From: an uncultured Christensenella sp.
Lineage (GTDB): Bacteria > Bacillota > Clostridia > Christensenellales > Borkfalkiaceae
DNA length: 64,000 bases
Reading direction: 5' to 3'
NCBI GenBank assembly: GCA_910586245.1
Contig: CAJUFY010000004.1
Location: 32,573 to 96,572, forward strand
Shown: positions 43,527-52,881 of the stretch, piece by piece
Layout of the letters: every line of letters begins with the position of its first letter
How positions within the stretch are numbered: position 1 is the first letter of the stretch
The notes under the pieces: model-generated
What the model saw: the letters and a program-made list of their open reading frames with translations, nothing else
Told to the model about the DNA's origin: nothing
The model's database searches: none
Made by a program: the position numbers and the translations under genes

Positions 43527-45521
43527 ATGGACTTGAAAAATTTGACGGTGGAAGAAAAACTGCGGTTGATCTGCGGCAAAGACGCGTGGCAAACTTGCGA
43601 TTTTAACGGCAAACTTCCGTTCGTGAAAGTAACGGACGCGAGCATGGGCGTGAGGACGGCTAAGGAAGACGGGAGTGGGGATAAGCCTTCCGTTTCCTAT
43701 CCCTCCTCGCAAATGCTGGCGAACACGTGGAATTTGGAAACGGTGCGCACATACGCCGAATGCGTGGCGGACGACTGTTTGGAATACGGTGCGGATATCC
43801 TTTTGGGACCGGGCGTGAATATCAAACGCAATCCTTTATGCGGGAGAAACTTCGAGTATTATTCGGAGGACCCGTATTTAGCGGGCGTTATCGCGCGGGA
43901 ATACATAAGCGCCATGCAACAAGAGGGCGCGGGCGCGTGCTTGAAGCATTTTTGCTGCAATAACCTCGAATATAACCGCAGATTGCAGTCGAGCGAGGTG
44001 GACGAGCGAACGCTCAGAGAAATCTATTACAAGCCGTTTGAAATTGCGTGCGAGGCAAAGCCCGTTTCGCTCATGTGTTCGTATAACAAAATCAACGGCG
44101 TGCAAGGTTCGGAATACAGAAAGGGCTTTGCTGTCTTGCGCGAGGAATACGGTTTTGACGGCGCGGTGATTTCGGACTGGGACGCGGTATACGACAGGGC
44201 AAAAGCGGCAAAGGCGGGGTTAGACCTCGAAATGCCGTTTTCGCAGAGCAATTACGAGAAATTGCTCGAAGATTATCAAGCGGGCAAAATCACGGAAGCG
44301 GAAATCGACGAATGCGCGCAGCGCGTATTGGATATGGTTTCCCGTTGCAAGCAGTTGCAGGAAGGCAAAAAGAGAAAACGCACGCAAGCGGAGCGCGTGA
44401 AAGTCGCGCAGGAAACGGCGGAAGAAAGTATTGTATTGTTGAAAAACGACGGCGTGCTTCCCTTGAAAAAAGGGCAGAAAGTCGCCGCGTGCGGAATATA
44501 CGGCGCGCCGTACAGTGCAAACAGCGATTATTCGCGTTATTTGGCGGGCGGAGGGTCGAGCAAAGTCGTACGCTTGACGAATGTATTCGATATCCCCGAA
44601 GTGCTGCGCAAGCAAGGATTTTCGGTGCTTTTTAACGGCGGATTCGACGACAACGGAATTAACAACTGGGTGAGAATGAGCCCGCGTGCGGCTACCGAAA
44701 ATGCGGCGGTGAGCGACGTGAATCTTGTTTTTGCGGGCACGGGCGGCGAGATCGAACATGAAGGAAACGACCGCAAGCAAATGAAACTTTCCGACGTGCA
44801 GGAGCGCGCCATTTTGGATGCCGCGGCGGTCAATCCCAATACGGTGGTAGTGCTGTTCGCGGGCGCGCCGATCGACGTGAGCGCTTGGATCGACGAAGTT
44901 GCGGCAGTCGTTTGGGCAGGCTTCCCGGGCGAACGGGGTGACGAAGCGGTTGCGAATATTTTAACGGGCAAGGTCAATCCGAGCGGAAAACTTACGGAAA
45001 CGTTCCCGCTACGCTACGAAGATACGCCCGCTTCGCAGGGGTATATCGACGGAACGGTGACGCGCTACGAAGAGGGACTCGACGTGGGTTATCGGTATTA
45101 CGATACTTACGGCGTGGACGTACTGTTTCCGTTCGGCTACGGACTTTCCTATTCGGAATTTGACTATAAAAATCTGACGTTGAAAGGGACTGGCGATAAA
45201 CTCGAAGTAAACTTCGAAATCGAAAACGGTTCGGAAATCGACGGCAAAGAGGTTTCGCAAGTTTACGTGCGCGCGGTGAGCTCGTACGTTTATCGTCCGT
45301 ATAAAGAATTAAAGGGCTTTGCAAAGACGTTTGTAAAGTCGGGTAAAACGGAAAAGGTGACGGTAAGGCTCGACAAACACGCGTTCGAATATTGGTCGGT
45401 CGGGCACGATCGTTGGGAAGTGGAGGACGGCATATACGAAATCATTGTAGCCGCGTCCGTTGCAGACGAAAAACTCAAAATAAAGATTAAAATCAAAGAC
45501 GGCAAAATAACTGTTTTGTAA
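43527..45521 (+). CDS. Cytoplasmic GH3 beta-glucosidase-type enzyme (canonical domain order)
   Basis: No signal peptide. NIKRNPLCGRNFEYYSEDPYLAG, LKHFCCNN, VISDWDAV. Then IVLLKNDGVLPL and Fn3-like GKEVSQVYV...LKGFAKTFVKSGKTEKVTVRL. Confidence 0.88.
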   Translation: MDLKNLTVEEKLRLICGKDAWQTCDFNGKLPFVKVTDASMGVRTAKEDGSGDKPSVSYPSSQMLANTWNLETVRTYAECVADDCLEYGADILLGPGVNIKRNPLCGRNFEYYSEDPYLAGVIAREYISAMQQEGAGACLKHFCCNNLEYNRRLQSSEVDERTLREIYYKPFEIACEAKPVSLMCSYNKINGVQGSEYRKGFAVLREEYGFDGAVISDWDAVYDRAKAAKAGLDLEMPFSQSNYEKLLEDYQAGKITEAEIDECAQRVLDMVSRCKQLQEGKKRKRTQAERVKVAQETAEESIVLLKNDGVLPLKKGQKVAACGIYGAPYSANSDYSRYLAGGGSSKVVRLTNVFDIPEVLRKQGFSVLFNGGFDDNGINNWVRMSPRAATENAAVSDVNLVFAGTGGEIEHEGNDRKQMKLSDVQERAILDAAAVNPNTVVVLFAGAPIDVSAWIDEVAAVVWAGFPGERGDEAVANILTGKVNPSGKLTETFPLRYEDTPASQGYIDGTVTRYEEGLDVGYRYYDTYGVDVLFPFGYGLSYSEFDYKNLTLKGTGDKLEVNFEIENGSEIDGKEVSQVYVRAVSSYVYRPYKELKGFAKTFVKSGKTEKVTVRLDKHAFEYWSVGHDRWEVEDGIYEIIVAASVADEKLKIKIKIKDGKITVL

Positions 45522-45533
45522 ACAAGGAAAGCT

Positions 45534-47297
45534 ATGGTGGAAAGACAAGAATATCCGCGCCCGCAGTTTCGGCGGGATAGTTGGCAAAACTTAAACGGCG
45601 AATGGGAATTTGCGTTTGACGATCAAAACGAGGGCAAGGCACAAGGTTGGTGGAAGGGCGATCAAAAGCTCGGTCAAAAAATCAACGTGCCGTTTTCCTA
45701 TCAGTACCCCGCAAGCGGGATAAACGACAAGACGGTTCACGACATCACGTGGTACCGCCGCACGTTCGTGATCGAAAAGCAGAACGCGGGCAAGCGGGTT
45801 TTATTGTGCTTCAACGCCGCCGATTACGAAACGGACGTGTGGGTAAACGGGATTCATGCGATCACGCATAAGGGCGGCTTTGTGCCGTTCTCGGTGGATA
45901 TTACCGACTATCTGCACGGCGGTGGCGGTGAAAACGTGCTCGTTGTACGCTGTTTCGATAGCTTGGAAACGGCTGTGCCGCGCGGCAAACAGCATTGGGA
46001 AGGGATCACCTACGGTTGTTTCTATTATCCGAATTCGGGCATCTGGCAAAGCGTGTGGCTGGAATTTTTCGGGCAGGACTGCATCGAGAGCTATTCGCTC
46101 AAAGCGGATATCGACAGTCGCTCCGTAAAGGGCGAGCTCCGTACCATGTACAAAAAAGCGGACGAGGCGGAAATCGTTCTTATCTTTCAAGGGAAAGTTT
46201 TGCAAAAGCATCGGATATTATTGCCGCAAAAGCGCACGCGGTTTTCAATCGACTTTTCGAATATCGCATTTGATTTTAACGGTTTGCTTTGGTCGGTAGA
46301 AAATCCGAATTTGATTTCGGTTGACTTTACGTTATATGCGGACGGCAGGGAGTGCGACAGGGCGCATACGCGGTTGGGAATGCGCAAAATACATATCGAC
46401 GAAACGGGCAAAATCTGCCTGAACGATAAGCCGCTTTATCAGCGATTGATTTTGGATCAGGGCTACTGGGAAGAGAGCGGGCTTACGCCGCCGAGCGCGG
46501 AGGCGTTAAAGCGGGATATAGAACTTGCCAAAGCCATGGGCTTTAACGGCGCACGCAAGCATCAGAAATTCGAGGATCCGTATTTTTATTACTATGCGGA
46601 AGAGCTGGGTTTTCTCACCTGGTGCGAAATGCCGAGCGCGCTCACGTTCTGCGAAGAGGAAATCGCCTCGATCACGCGAGAATGGCAGGAAATATTATCC
46701 GTTGCAAAAAACTTTACGAGCAATATCTGTTACGTCCCGCTCAACGAGAGTTGGGGCGTGCGCGAGGTCGGCACGGACAAAGCGCAGCAGGACTTTGCGC
46801 GGAGTTTATATTACTTAACAAAGAGTATCGACGGAGAAAAGTTGATATCCACCAATGACGGTTTCGAGAACGTGAATCCCACGGATATCGTAACGATTCA
46901 CGATTATGAAATCGCCAAAGCAGAACAGTTCCCCGAAAAATATAAAGACGGGAAATACGACGGGTTGTATCCGCAGGGCTTCCGTTTGTTTGCCGATGGA
47001 AACATATATGAGGGGCAGCCCGTGCTGTTTACGGAGTTCGGCGGCATGGTGCTCAAAGCCGAGCAGAAGAGCGACACCTGGGGCTATAACGAGGGCGAAG
47101 CGAGCGAAGAATCGTTTTATGCTCACCTTAAAGAATTATTGCAGGGCATTGCGCAGACGGAGTTTCAGGGATATTGTTATACGCAGCTCACCGACGTACA
47201 GCAGGAAATCAACGGGCTCTTATATGCCGATCATACGCCGAAATTTGATAGTACGAAGCTGAAATCAATTTTTGAAACAGGGAAAAGAAAATGTTAA
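45534..47297 (+). CDS. Cytoplasmic GH2-family glycosidase
   Basis: YPRPQFRRDSWQNLNGEWEFAFD N-terminus. Sugar-binding, Ig and TIM order. Acid/base-like PLNESWG and nucleophile-like FTEFGG. Confidence 0.75.
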   Translation: MVERQEYPRPQFRRDSWQNLNGEWEFAFDDQNEGKAQGWWKGDQKLGQKINVPFSYQYPASGINDKTVHDITWYRRTFVIEKQNAGKRVLLCFNAADYETDVWVNGIHAITHKGGFVPFSVDITDYLHGGGGENVLVVRCFDSLETAVPRGKQHWEGITYGCFYYPNSGIWQSVWLEFFGQDCIESYSLKADIDSRSVKGELRTMYKKADEAEIVLIFQGKVLQKHRILLPQKRTRFSIDFSNIAFDFNGLLWSVENPNLISVDFTLYADGRECDRAHTRLGMRKIHIDETGKICLNDKPLYQRLILDQGYWEESGLTPPSAEALKRDIELAKAMGFNGARKHQKFEDPYFYYYAEELGFLTWCEMPSALTFCEEEIASITREWQEILSVAKNFTSNICYVPLNESWGVREVGTDKAQQDFARSLYYLTKSIDGEKLISTNDGFENVNPTDIVTIHDYEIAKAEQFPEKYKDGKYDGLYPQGFRLFADGNIYEGQPVLFTEFGGMVLKAEQKSDTWGYNEGEASEESFYAHLKELLQGIAQTEFQGYCYTQLTDVQQEINGLLYADHTPKFDSTKLKSIFETGKRKC

Positions 47298-49690
47298 AAG
47301 GTAACTTTATCGGAGTAAAAGAAAAGGCGAACGTGTTCGCCGTCGAAAAGAGTTTCAAGGCGCATGCGGGCGAAAGAGCCGTGTTAAAAGCAACGGCGTT
47401 GGGGCTGTATTTTGCCGAAATCAACGGAGCGCGGGTGGGCGACAGATATTTAACGCCCGGTTGGACTTCGTATAACAAGATGTTGCAGGTGCAGGAATAC
47501 GACGTTTCCGCGCTCTTGAAAGAGGGGGAAAACGTTTTGACGCTCACCGTCGGCGAAGGCTGGTTTTGCAGCGGCGTTACCTGGGAGAAAAAACGCGATC
47601 TGTACGGGGAACAGTCCGCCGTCTGTGCCGATTTGATTTTACTCGATAAAATTATTTTTACGGACGGGAGCTGGACGGCGCGGGAGAGCGTAATTCGCGG
47701 AAGCGGCATTTACGACGGCGAAACGCAGGACTTTACGGCGCAGTTAAAGTCTTTAATTGTCTGTGAAGTCGCGTTCGATAAAAGTGTGCTTGTGCCGCAG
47801 ATAAGTGAGCCCGTGCGGAACATCGAACGGCTTGCGGTAAAGGAAGTGATACATACTCCTGCGGGCGAGCTTGTGTACGATTTCGGGCAGAACCTGGCGG
47901 GCGTGGTCGAGATCAGAACACCCGAAAATTTCAACGGCACGCTTACCTTACAGTTTGCCGAAATTTTAGTGAACGGGAATTTCTATACCGATAATTTGCG
48001 CACTGCAAAGGCGACGGATACGTTCACGGTGAAGGGTGCCAAAATGCTCTGCCCCGAATTTACGTTTCACGGTTTTCGCTATATGAAACTTGTAGGTATG
48101 GAACTACCCAAAGAAAATATTACGGCAATCGTGCGCCATACCGACATGAAACGCACGGGGCACGTGAACACGAGCAACGCCCGTTTCAACCGTTTGATGG
48201 AAAACGTAGTGTGGGGGCAGAAGGGGAACTTTGTAGACGTACCTACCGATTGCCCGCAGCGGGACGAACGCTTGGGCTGGACGGGGGACATTAACGCTTT
48301 CTGTACCACGGCGGCGTATAATTACGATATCCGCGCGTTCATGAAAAAGTGGCTTGCGGATTTACGGAACGAACAAGCGGAAAACGGCGAAATTCCGCAC
48401 GTCATACCCGATTGTTTGCGCGGAGCGGGCGACAGGTCTACCGCCGCGCTGTGGAGCGACGTCGTCGTGATGATTCCGTGGAAGCTTTATCAAATGTACG
48501 GCGATATTACTTTTCTTGCGGACAACTACACCGCCATGCAAAAATATATGAGCGCGTATGAGAAGAACGTTGAAGACGGGCTTGTGGTTCGCGGATTCAA
48601 TTACGGCGACTGGCTCGCGCAAGACGGCGAAAAGTTCAAGCAGAGCATTAACGGCAGAACGGAGAGCACATTTCTTGCAAGCGCTTTTTACTTAGAATGT
48701 TTGCGAATTTTATCCGAAACGGCGAAGCTGCTCGGCGATTCTGCGGAAAGCGTATACCGTGTAAAATATCAAAAAACGCTGGACAGAATACGCGCGGAAT
48801 ATATTACGCCGAACGGCAGGGTGGCGGTCGATACGATGACTGCGCAGGCGCTTGCGCTGTGCTTCGGGATCGTACCCGAACAATGCAGAAAGAACAGCGC
48901 CAAGGTGCTGAGCGATAACGCACGGGCGCACGGCTATAAAGTGACCACGGGCTTTGCGGGCACGCCCTATCTTTTATTCGCGTTGGCGGACAACGGATAT
49001 ATCGAAACGGCGTTTAAAATTCTCTTGAACAGCAGTTTCCCCGGATGGCTCTACGAAGTGGACATGGGCGCGACGACGATTTGGGAACGTTGGGACAGTT
49101 TGCTTCCCGACGGCACGCCTAATCCCGACGGCATGAACAGCTATAACCATTACGCCTACGGCAGCGTTATGGAATTCGTATACCGTAGAATCGCGGGGAT
49201 CGATCCACTCGAAGCGGGATTTCAAAAAGTAAGAGTTGCGCCCGTACCGTACGTCGCTTTTCCTGCGTTCAGAGCGGAATATGAGAGCGTTCGGGGAAAA
49301 ATCGTTTCGAACTATGAACGGAGAGACGGCAAAATTATTTATGAAATCGAAATTCCCGACGGCGTGGAAGCAGAAATCATTCTGCCGAACGAAGCGCCCG
49401 TAACCGTGTGTGGGGGCAGGCACGTGTTTGAACGAAGGTGTGAAGATTTAATTTATACGCCGTTTACGCCCGAGTGCTACGTAACGGAAGTATTCGACAG
49501 CCCGAAGGCTGTAAAAGCGTTTAACGCGGTGTTCGGCGGCATCTTCACGGGGAGCGAAATTGCCTGGATGAAGGACGAGCCTAAGACTCTCGGGTTCATG
49601 GCTGAGTTTCGCGATAAGGAAGGAAAGATGAAACTTTCGGACTTTCCCGAAATGATGAAAAGGGCAAATGAGCTGTTCTTGAATTCATGA
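47291..49690 (+). CDS. GH78 alpha-L-rhamnosidase
   Basis: Hallmark VPTDCPQRDERLGWTGD. Also WSDVVVMIPW, YGDWL, TTIWERWDS. Overlaps the GH2 gene by 7 nt. Confidence 0.9.
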   Translation: MLKGNFIGVKEKANVFAVEKSFKAHAGERAVLKATALGLYFAEINGARVGDRYLTPGWTSYNKMLQVQEYDVSALLKEGENVLTLTVGEGWFCSGVTWEKKRDLYGEQSAVCADLILLDKIIFTDGSWTARESVIRGSGIYDGETQDFTAQLKSLIVCEVAFDKSVLVPQISEPVRNIERLAVKEVIHTPAGELVYDFGQNLAGVVEIRTPENFNGTLTLQFAEILVNGNFYTDNLRTAKATDTFTVKGAKMLCPEFTFHGFRYMKLVGMELPKENITAIVRHTDMKRTGHVNTSNARFNRLMENVVWGQKGNFVDVPTDCPQRDERLGWTGDINAFCTTAAYNYDIRAFMKKWLADLRNEQAENGEIPHVIPDCLRGAGDRSTAALWSDVVVMIPWKLYQMYGDITFLADNYTAMQKYMSAYEKNVEDGLVVRGFNYGDWLAQDGEKFKQSINGRTESTFLASAFYLECLRILSETAKLLGDSAESVYRVKYQKTLDRIRAEYITPNGRVAVDTMTAQALALCFGIVPEQCRKNSAKVLSDNARAHGYKVTTGFAGTPYLLFALADNGYIETAFKILLNSSFPGWLYEVDMGATTIWERWDSLLPDGTPNPDGMNSYNHYAYGSVMEFVYRRIAGIDPLEAGFQKVRVAPVPYVAFPAFRAEYESVRGKIVSNYERRDGKIIYEIEIPDGVEAEIILPNEAPVTVCGGRHVFERRCEDLIYTPFTPECYVTEVFDSPKAVKAFNAVFGGIFTGSEIAWMKDEPKTLGFMAEFRDKEGKMKLSDFPEMMKRANELFLNS

Positions 49691-49738
49691 AGAGTTGTAC
49701 CGTACATGATAGGGATTTTACAATTAGTGAAAGAGGAA

Positions 49739-49766
49739 AGCCGTTCAAAAGAACGGCTTTTATGTT
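49739..49766 (+). terminator. Rho-independent terminator ending the glycan locus
   Basis: AGCCGTTC-AAAA-GAACGGCT followed by TTTTATGTT. Confidence 0.75.
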
Positions 49767-49892
49767 ATCGGGTTTTCGGTTATCGGAAAGATTCGTGAAA
49801 TATTTTTTATGAAAATTTAACGAAAGATCGATAAAACGTTTATAAATCATTGCTAAAATGAATAATGTATTATATTATAAGGAAAGAGGGCA

Positions 49893-50585
49893 ATGGAGCA
49901 AATAACGGGCTTGACCGAATCGGAAGCGGAGCAAGCAATTCCCTTACAGGAAAAACGCGGTAAAAAACGGTTTACGATTCTGGGCGTTGAATTCGTCTAC
50001 TTATATCTTTTCGGAATCGGCGTTGCGTTTGTCGGATGGATTGCGGAAAATACCGTAAAGATCGTGTCGCAGGGGATTTTCGATTGCCGCTTTCATATCC
50101 TGCCGTTTATTTCGCCGTACGCGCTCGTACCGTTTGCCTTTCACGTTTTGTTGGGCGATCCCGACAGTATTGCGTTTTTCGGGAAAAAAGTATTCCGCAA
50201 AGAGAGTACGAAGACGAAAATCGCGTCCAACGCAATTTGTTTTACGGCGATCTGTTCGGCGGTATTTTTGGGGGAGCTCGCGGTCGGGAGTCTTTGGGAA
50301 GCGGCGTTCGATGCGCAGCTTTGGGATTACAGCGAACTGCCTTTGCAGGTAAACCGCTATGCGGGTTTGATTCCTTCGCTGGGATACGGCGGAGGGGCTT
50401 ATCTGATTTTTAAATTTATTTACAAGCCGTTGATGAAGCGCATTCGCAATCGCGTCGGTTTTGGCTGCGCGAAGGCGATTTGCGCGTCGATCGGCGTTCT
50501 GATCGTTTTGGATACGCTTGCCATGATGATTCAGATTATCGTATTTCATCAGCCGCCGATGTACTGGCGCGTTCATCTTTGGTGA
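49893..50585 (+). CDS. Multi-pass membrane protein of the putative ABC-transporter type IV family (PF06541-like)
   Basis: About 6 TM segments. LWDYSELPLQVNRYAGLI matches the WDYS motif I associate with PF06541. Confidence 0.55.
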   Translation: MEQITGLTESEAEQAIPLQEKRGKKRFTILGVEFVYLYLFGIGVAFVGWIAENTVKIVSQGIFDCRFHILPFISPYALVPFAFHVLLGDPDSIAFFGKKVFRKESTKTKIASNAICFTAICSAVFLGELAVGSLWEAAFDAQLWDYSELPLQVNRYAGLIPSLGYGGGAYLIFKFIYKPLMKRIRNRVGFGCAKAICASIGVLIVLDTLAMMIQIIVFHQPPMYWRVHLW

Positions 50586-50599
50586 ATTTCGGGAGGAGT

Positions 50600-51127
50600 A
50601 TGAAAAATATCTACGTCGTCGTAAGTAAAACGGGCTCGATCGTTTCCCGCCTGATCGGACGCGCAACGGGAGATCCGTATACGCACGCTTCGATTGCGTT
50701 GGACGACAGCCTCGAACCGATGTATTCGTTCGGAAGAATTTACACGAACAATCCCGTCATCGGCGGGTTCGTAAAGGAATCGGTCAATTACGGTTCGATG
50801 AAAAAATTCCGGACGGCGGAAATCGTGGTGATTCAGCTGAAGGTCGAAAACGAACAGTATGCGGAAATCAACGAATACATCGATGCGATGTACCGTCAGC
50901 GGAAAAAATATCACTACAATTACATCGGTTTCTTTCTTGCGAAGTTCGGTTTACATATTCACAGAGACAATTATTTTTACTGTTCCGAATTTGTGAAAGA
51001 TCTGTTAACGCGGTTTCATATCATCGAAGAAAAGCAATTTTCAAAAGTCGTGCGTCCCGTCGAATTGCTGAACGTAGAGGGGACGGTCGTTTATCAGGGA
51101 AAATTGTGCGAGTACGCCGCAACGTAA
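50600..51127 (+). CDS. Permuted papain-fold (NlpC/P60 superfamily) protein, YiiX/YaeF-like
   Basis: ATG 50600 follows GGGAGGAG; the track ORF 50480.. is extended. The His block YTHASIAL precedes the Cys block YFYCSEFV, the permuted order typical of the C92/YiiX family. Confidence 0.5.
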   Translation: MKNIYVVVSKTGSIVSRLIGRATGDPYTHASIALDDSLEPMYSFGRIYTNNPVIGGFVKESVNYGSMKKFRTAEIVVIQLKVENEQYAEINEYIDAMYRQRKKYHYNYIGFFLAKFGLHIHRDNYFYCSEFVKDLLTRFHIIEEKQFSKVVRPVELLNVEGTVVYQGKLCEYAAT

Positions 51128-51136
51128 ATACGTATC

Positions 51137-51167
51137 AAAAGGGCATAGCAAACGCTATGCCCTTTTC
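51137..51167. terminator. Bidirectional hairpin terminator
   Basis: AAAAGGGCATAGC-AAAC-GCTATGCCCTTTT. Confidence 0.85.
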
Positions 51168-51180
51168 CGTTCTATTTGTT

Positions 51181-51549
51181 TTATTCCGCAATTGCTTCTA
51201 CTTCGACCAGTACGTTTTTCGGAAGCGTTTTGACGGCGACGCAAGACCGCGCGGGTTTTTCTTGAAAATATTCCGCGTAAACCGCGTTGAACGGCGCGAA
51301 GTCGTTCATGTCGGCAAGGAAACACGTCGTTTTTACAACCCGATTCAGCGAACTTCTTGCCGCTTCGAGTACGGCTTTTAGATTTTCGCAGACCCGTCTC
51401 GTCTGTTCTTCGATGCCGCCCGCAACGACGAGCCCGTTTGCGGGATCGAGGGGGATTTGCCCCGAAGTGAATACCAGTCCGTTTGCCCGAATTGCCTGCG
51501 AATAGGGACCGATCGCGGCGGGCGCTTTTTCCGTAAAAATTTTTTCCAT
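51181..51549 (-). CDS. ridA: RidA/YjgF-family reactive enamine/imine deaminase
   Basis: [11 protein letters not shown]...VFTSGQIP...[13 protein letters not shown]...[23 protein letters not shown]. Confidence 0.92.
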   Translation of the reverse strand: MEKIFTEKAPAAIGPYSQAIRANGLVFTSGQIPLDPANGLVVAGGIEEQTRRVCENLKAVLEAARSSLNRVVKTTCFLADMNDFAPFNAVYAEYFQEKPARSCVAVKTLPKNVLVEVEAIAE

Positions 51550-51561
51550 GATTGACTCCTT

Positions 51562-52758
51562 TCAGCAGATGCGGAATCCCGCTTCGTTTAATTTCCGTGT
51601 GATTTTGGCGATATGTTCGAAGTTGCGCGTTTCCATATCGATGCGCAGGAAGCAGCCGATGACCGCGCTACCTGCGCCCGCGTGTTCGTGATGCACGCCC
51701 GTGACGTTCGCGCCGCAATCCGCGATGATGCGGGAAACTTCTACGAGCTGCCCCGGCTTATCGAGCAGTTCGATGTTTAGCGTGCATTGTCTGCCCGAGG
51801 TCGTGAGCCCGCGCGTAATGACGCGGTTCATAATCGTAACGTCGATGTTACCGCCCGAAACAAGACAGCATACTTTTTTTCCTTTGAGTTCGGGGAATTT
51901 GCCCGCAAGCACTGCCGCAAGCGGTACGGCGCCCGCGCCTTCCGCCACGATTTTTTCCCGTTCGATGAGGGCGAGAATCGCGGAGGCGATTTCGTCGTCG
52001 TTTACGGTGACGACGCCGTCTACAAACTGTTTGCAGTAACAGAAGGTATGTTCGCCCGGTTGTTTGACCGCAATTCCGTCCGCGACGGTGGAAACGGAAG
52101 CAAGCGCTTTGATTTTATCGTCGCGCAGCGCGTTGAGCATGCCCGGCGCGCCTTCCGCCTGTACGCCGTAAACTTTCACGTTCGGATTGAGCGATTTAAT
52201 CGCAAAGGAAACGCCGGATATCAGTCCGCCGCCGCCGATCGGCACGATCACGGCGTCTACGTTTTTGAGTTGAGAGAGGATTTCCAGCCCGATCGTTCCC
52301 TGTCCTGCGATGACCGCGTCGTCGTCGAAGGGATGTATAAAGGTGTAGCCGCGTTCTTTCTGCAAGGCGAGCGCGCGCTTATAGGCGTCGTCGTATACGC
52401 CCGGAACGAGGCAAATTTCCGCGCCGTAGCCGCGCGTGGCTTCTACCTTGGAAATCGGTGCGCCCTCGGGCAGACAAATGAGCGCCTGAATCCCGTTTTT
52501 CGCCGCAGCGAGCGCCACGCCCTGCGCGTGGTTCCCCGCCGAGCACGCAATCACGCCGCGCTTTTTTTCTTCGGGCGACAGCTGGGATATTTTGTAATAA
52601 GCGCCTCTGATTTTAAAGGAGCCCGTTTTTTGCAGGTTTTCCGTCTTCAGCCACAGTTCGCAATCGTCTGCCAGTTTATCCGCGCGGATTACGTCCGTTT
52701 TATAAATCGCCTCTTCGAGCACCTTCTGTGCGTGAAAGATTTTGTCGATGGTTAGCAT
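51562..52758 (-). CDS. ilvA: Threonine ammonia-lyase (PLP-dependent) with a C-terminal ACT-like domain
   Basis: ATG 52758 (MLTIDKI); the track ORF is extended to 53298. PLP lysine block: ENLQKTGSFKIRGA. Also SAGNHAQG and GGGGLISG. Lies directly upstream of ridA, a known functional pairing. Confidence 0.85.
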   Translation of the reverse strand: MLTIDKIFHAQKVLEEAIYKTDVIRADKLADDCELWLKTENLQKTGSFKIRGAYYKISQLSPEEKKRGVIACSAGNHAQGVALAAAKNGIQALICLPEGAPISKVEATRGYGAEICLVPGVYDDAYKRALALQKERGYTFIHPFDDDAVIAGQGTIGLEILSQLKNVDAVIVPIGGGGLISGVSFAIKSLNPNVKVYGVQAEGAPGMLNALRDDKIKALASVSTVADGIAVKQPGEHTFCYCKQFVDGVVTVNDDEIASAILALIEREKIVAEGAGAVPLAAVLAGKFPELKGKKVCCLVSGGNIDVTIMNRVITRGLTTSGRQCTLNIELLDKPGQLVEVSRIIADCGANVTGVHHEHAGAGSAVIGCFLRIDMETRNFEHIAKITRKLNEAGFRIC

Positions 52759-52881
52759 AATGCCGCCTTTATGAATTTTTACGGAAATTATACGCTTTTT
52801 CTGTTGGAAAGTCAACAAAATTTGCGATATTTTGTATAATTTATGCAAGGGAAGCGGCATACTGACGAGAGGAGAAACCGT

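Noticed and set aside
26770-49890. tRNA-flanked genomic island or mobile element carrying the glycan locus
   Set aside because: There is no integrase, recombinase, transposase or plasmid/phage gene. I could find no direct repeat of the tRNA 3' end at the far boundary. Only AT-rich flanks are present, so the mobile-element call is unsupported.
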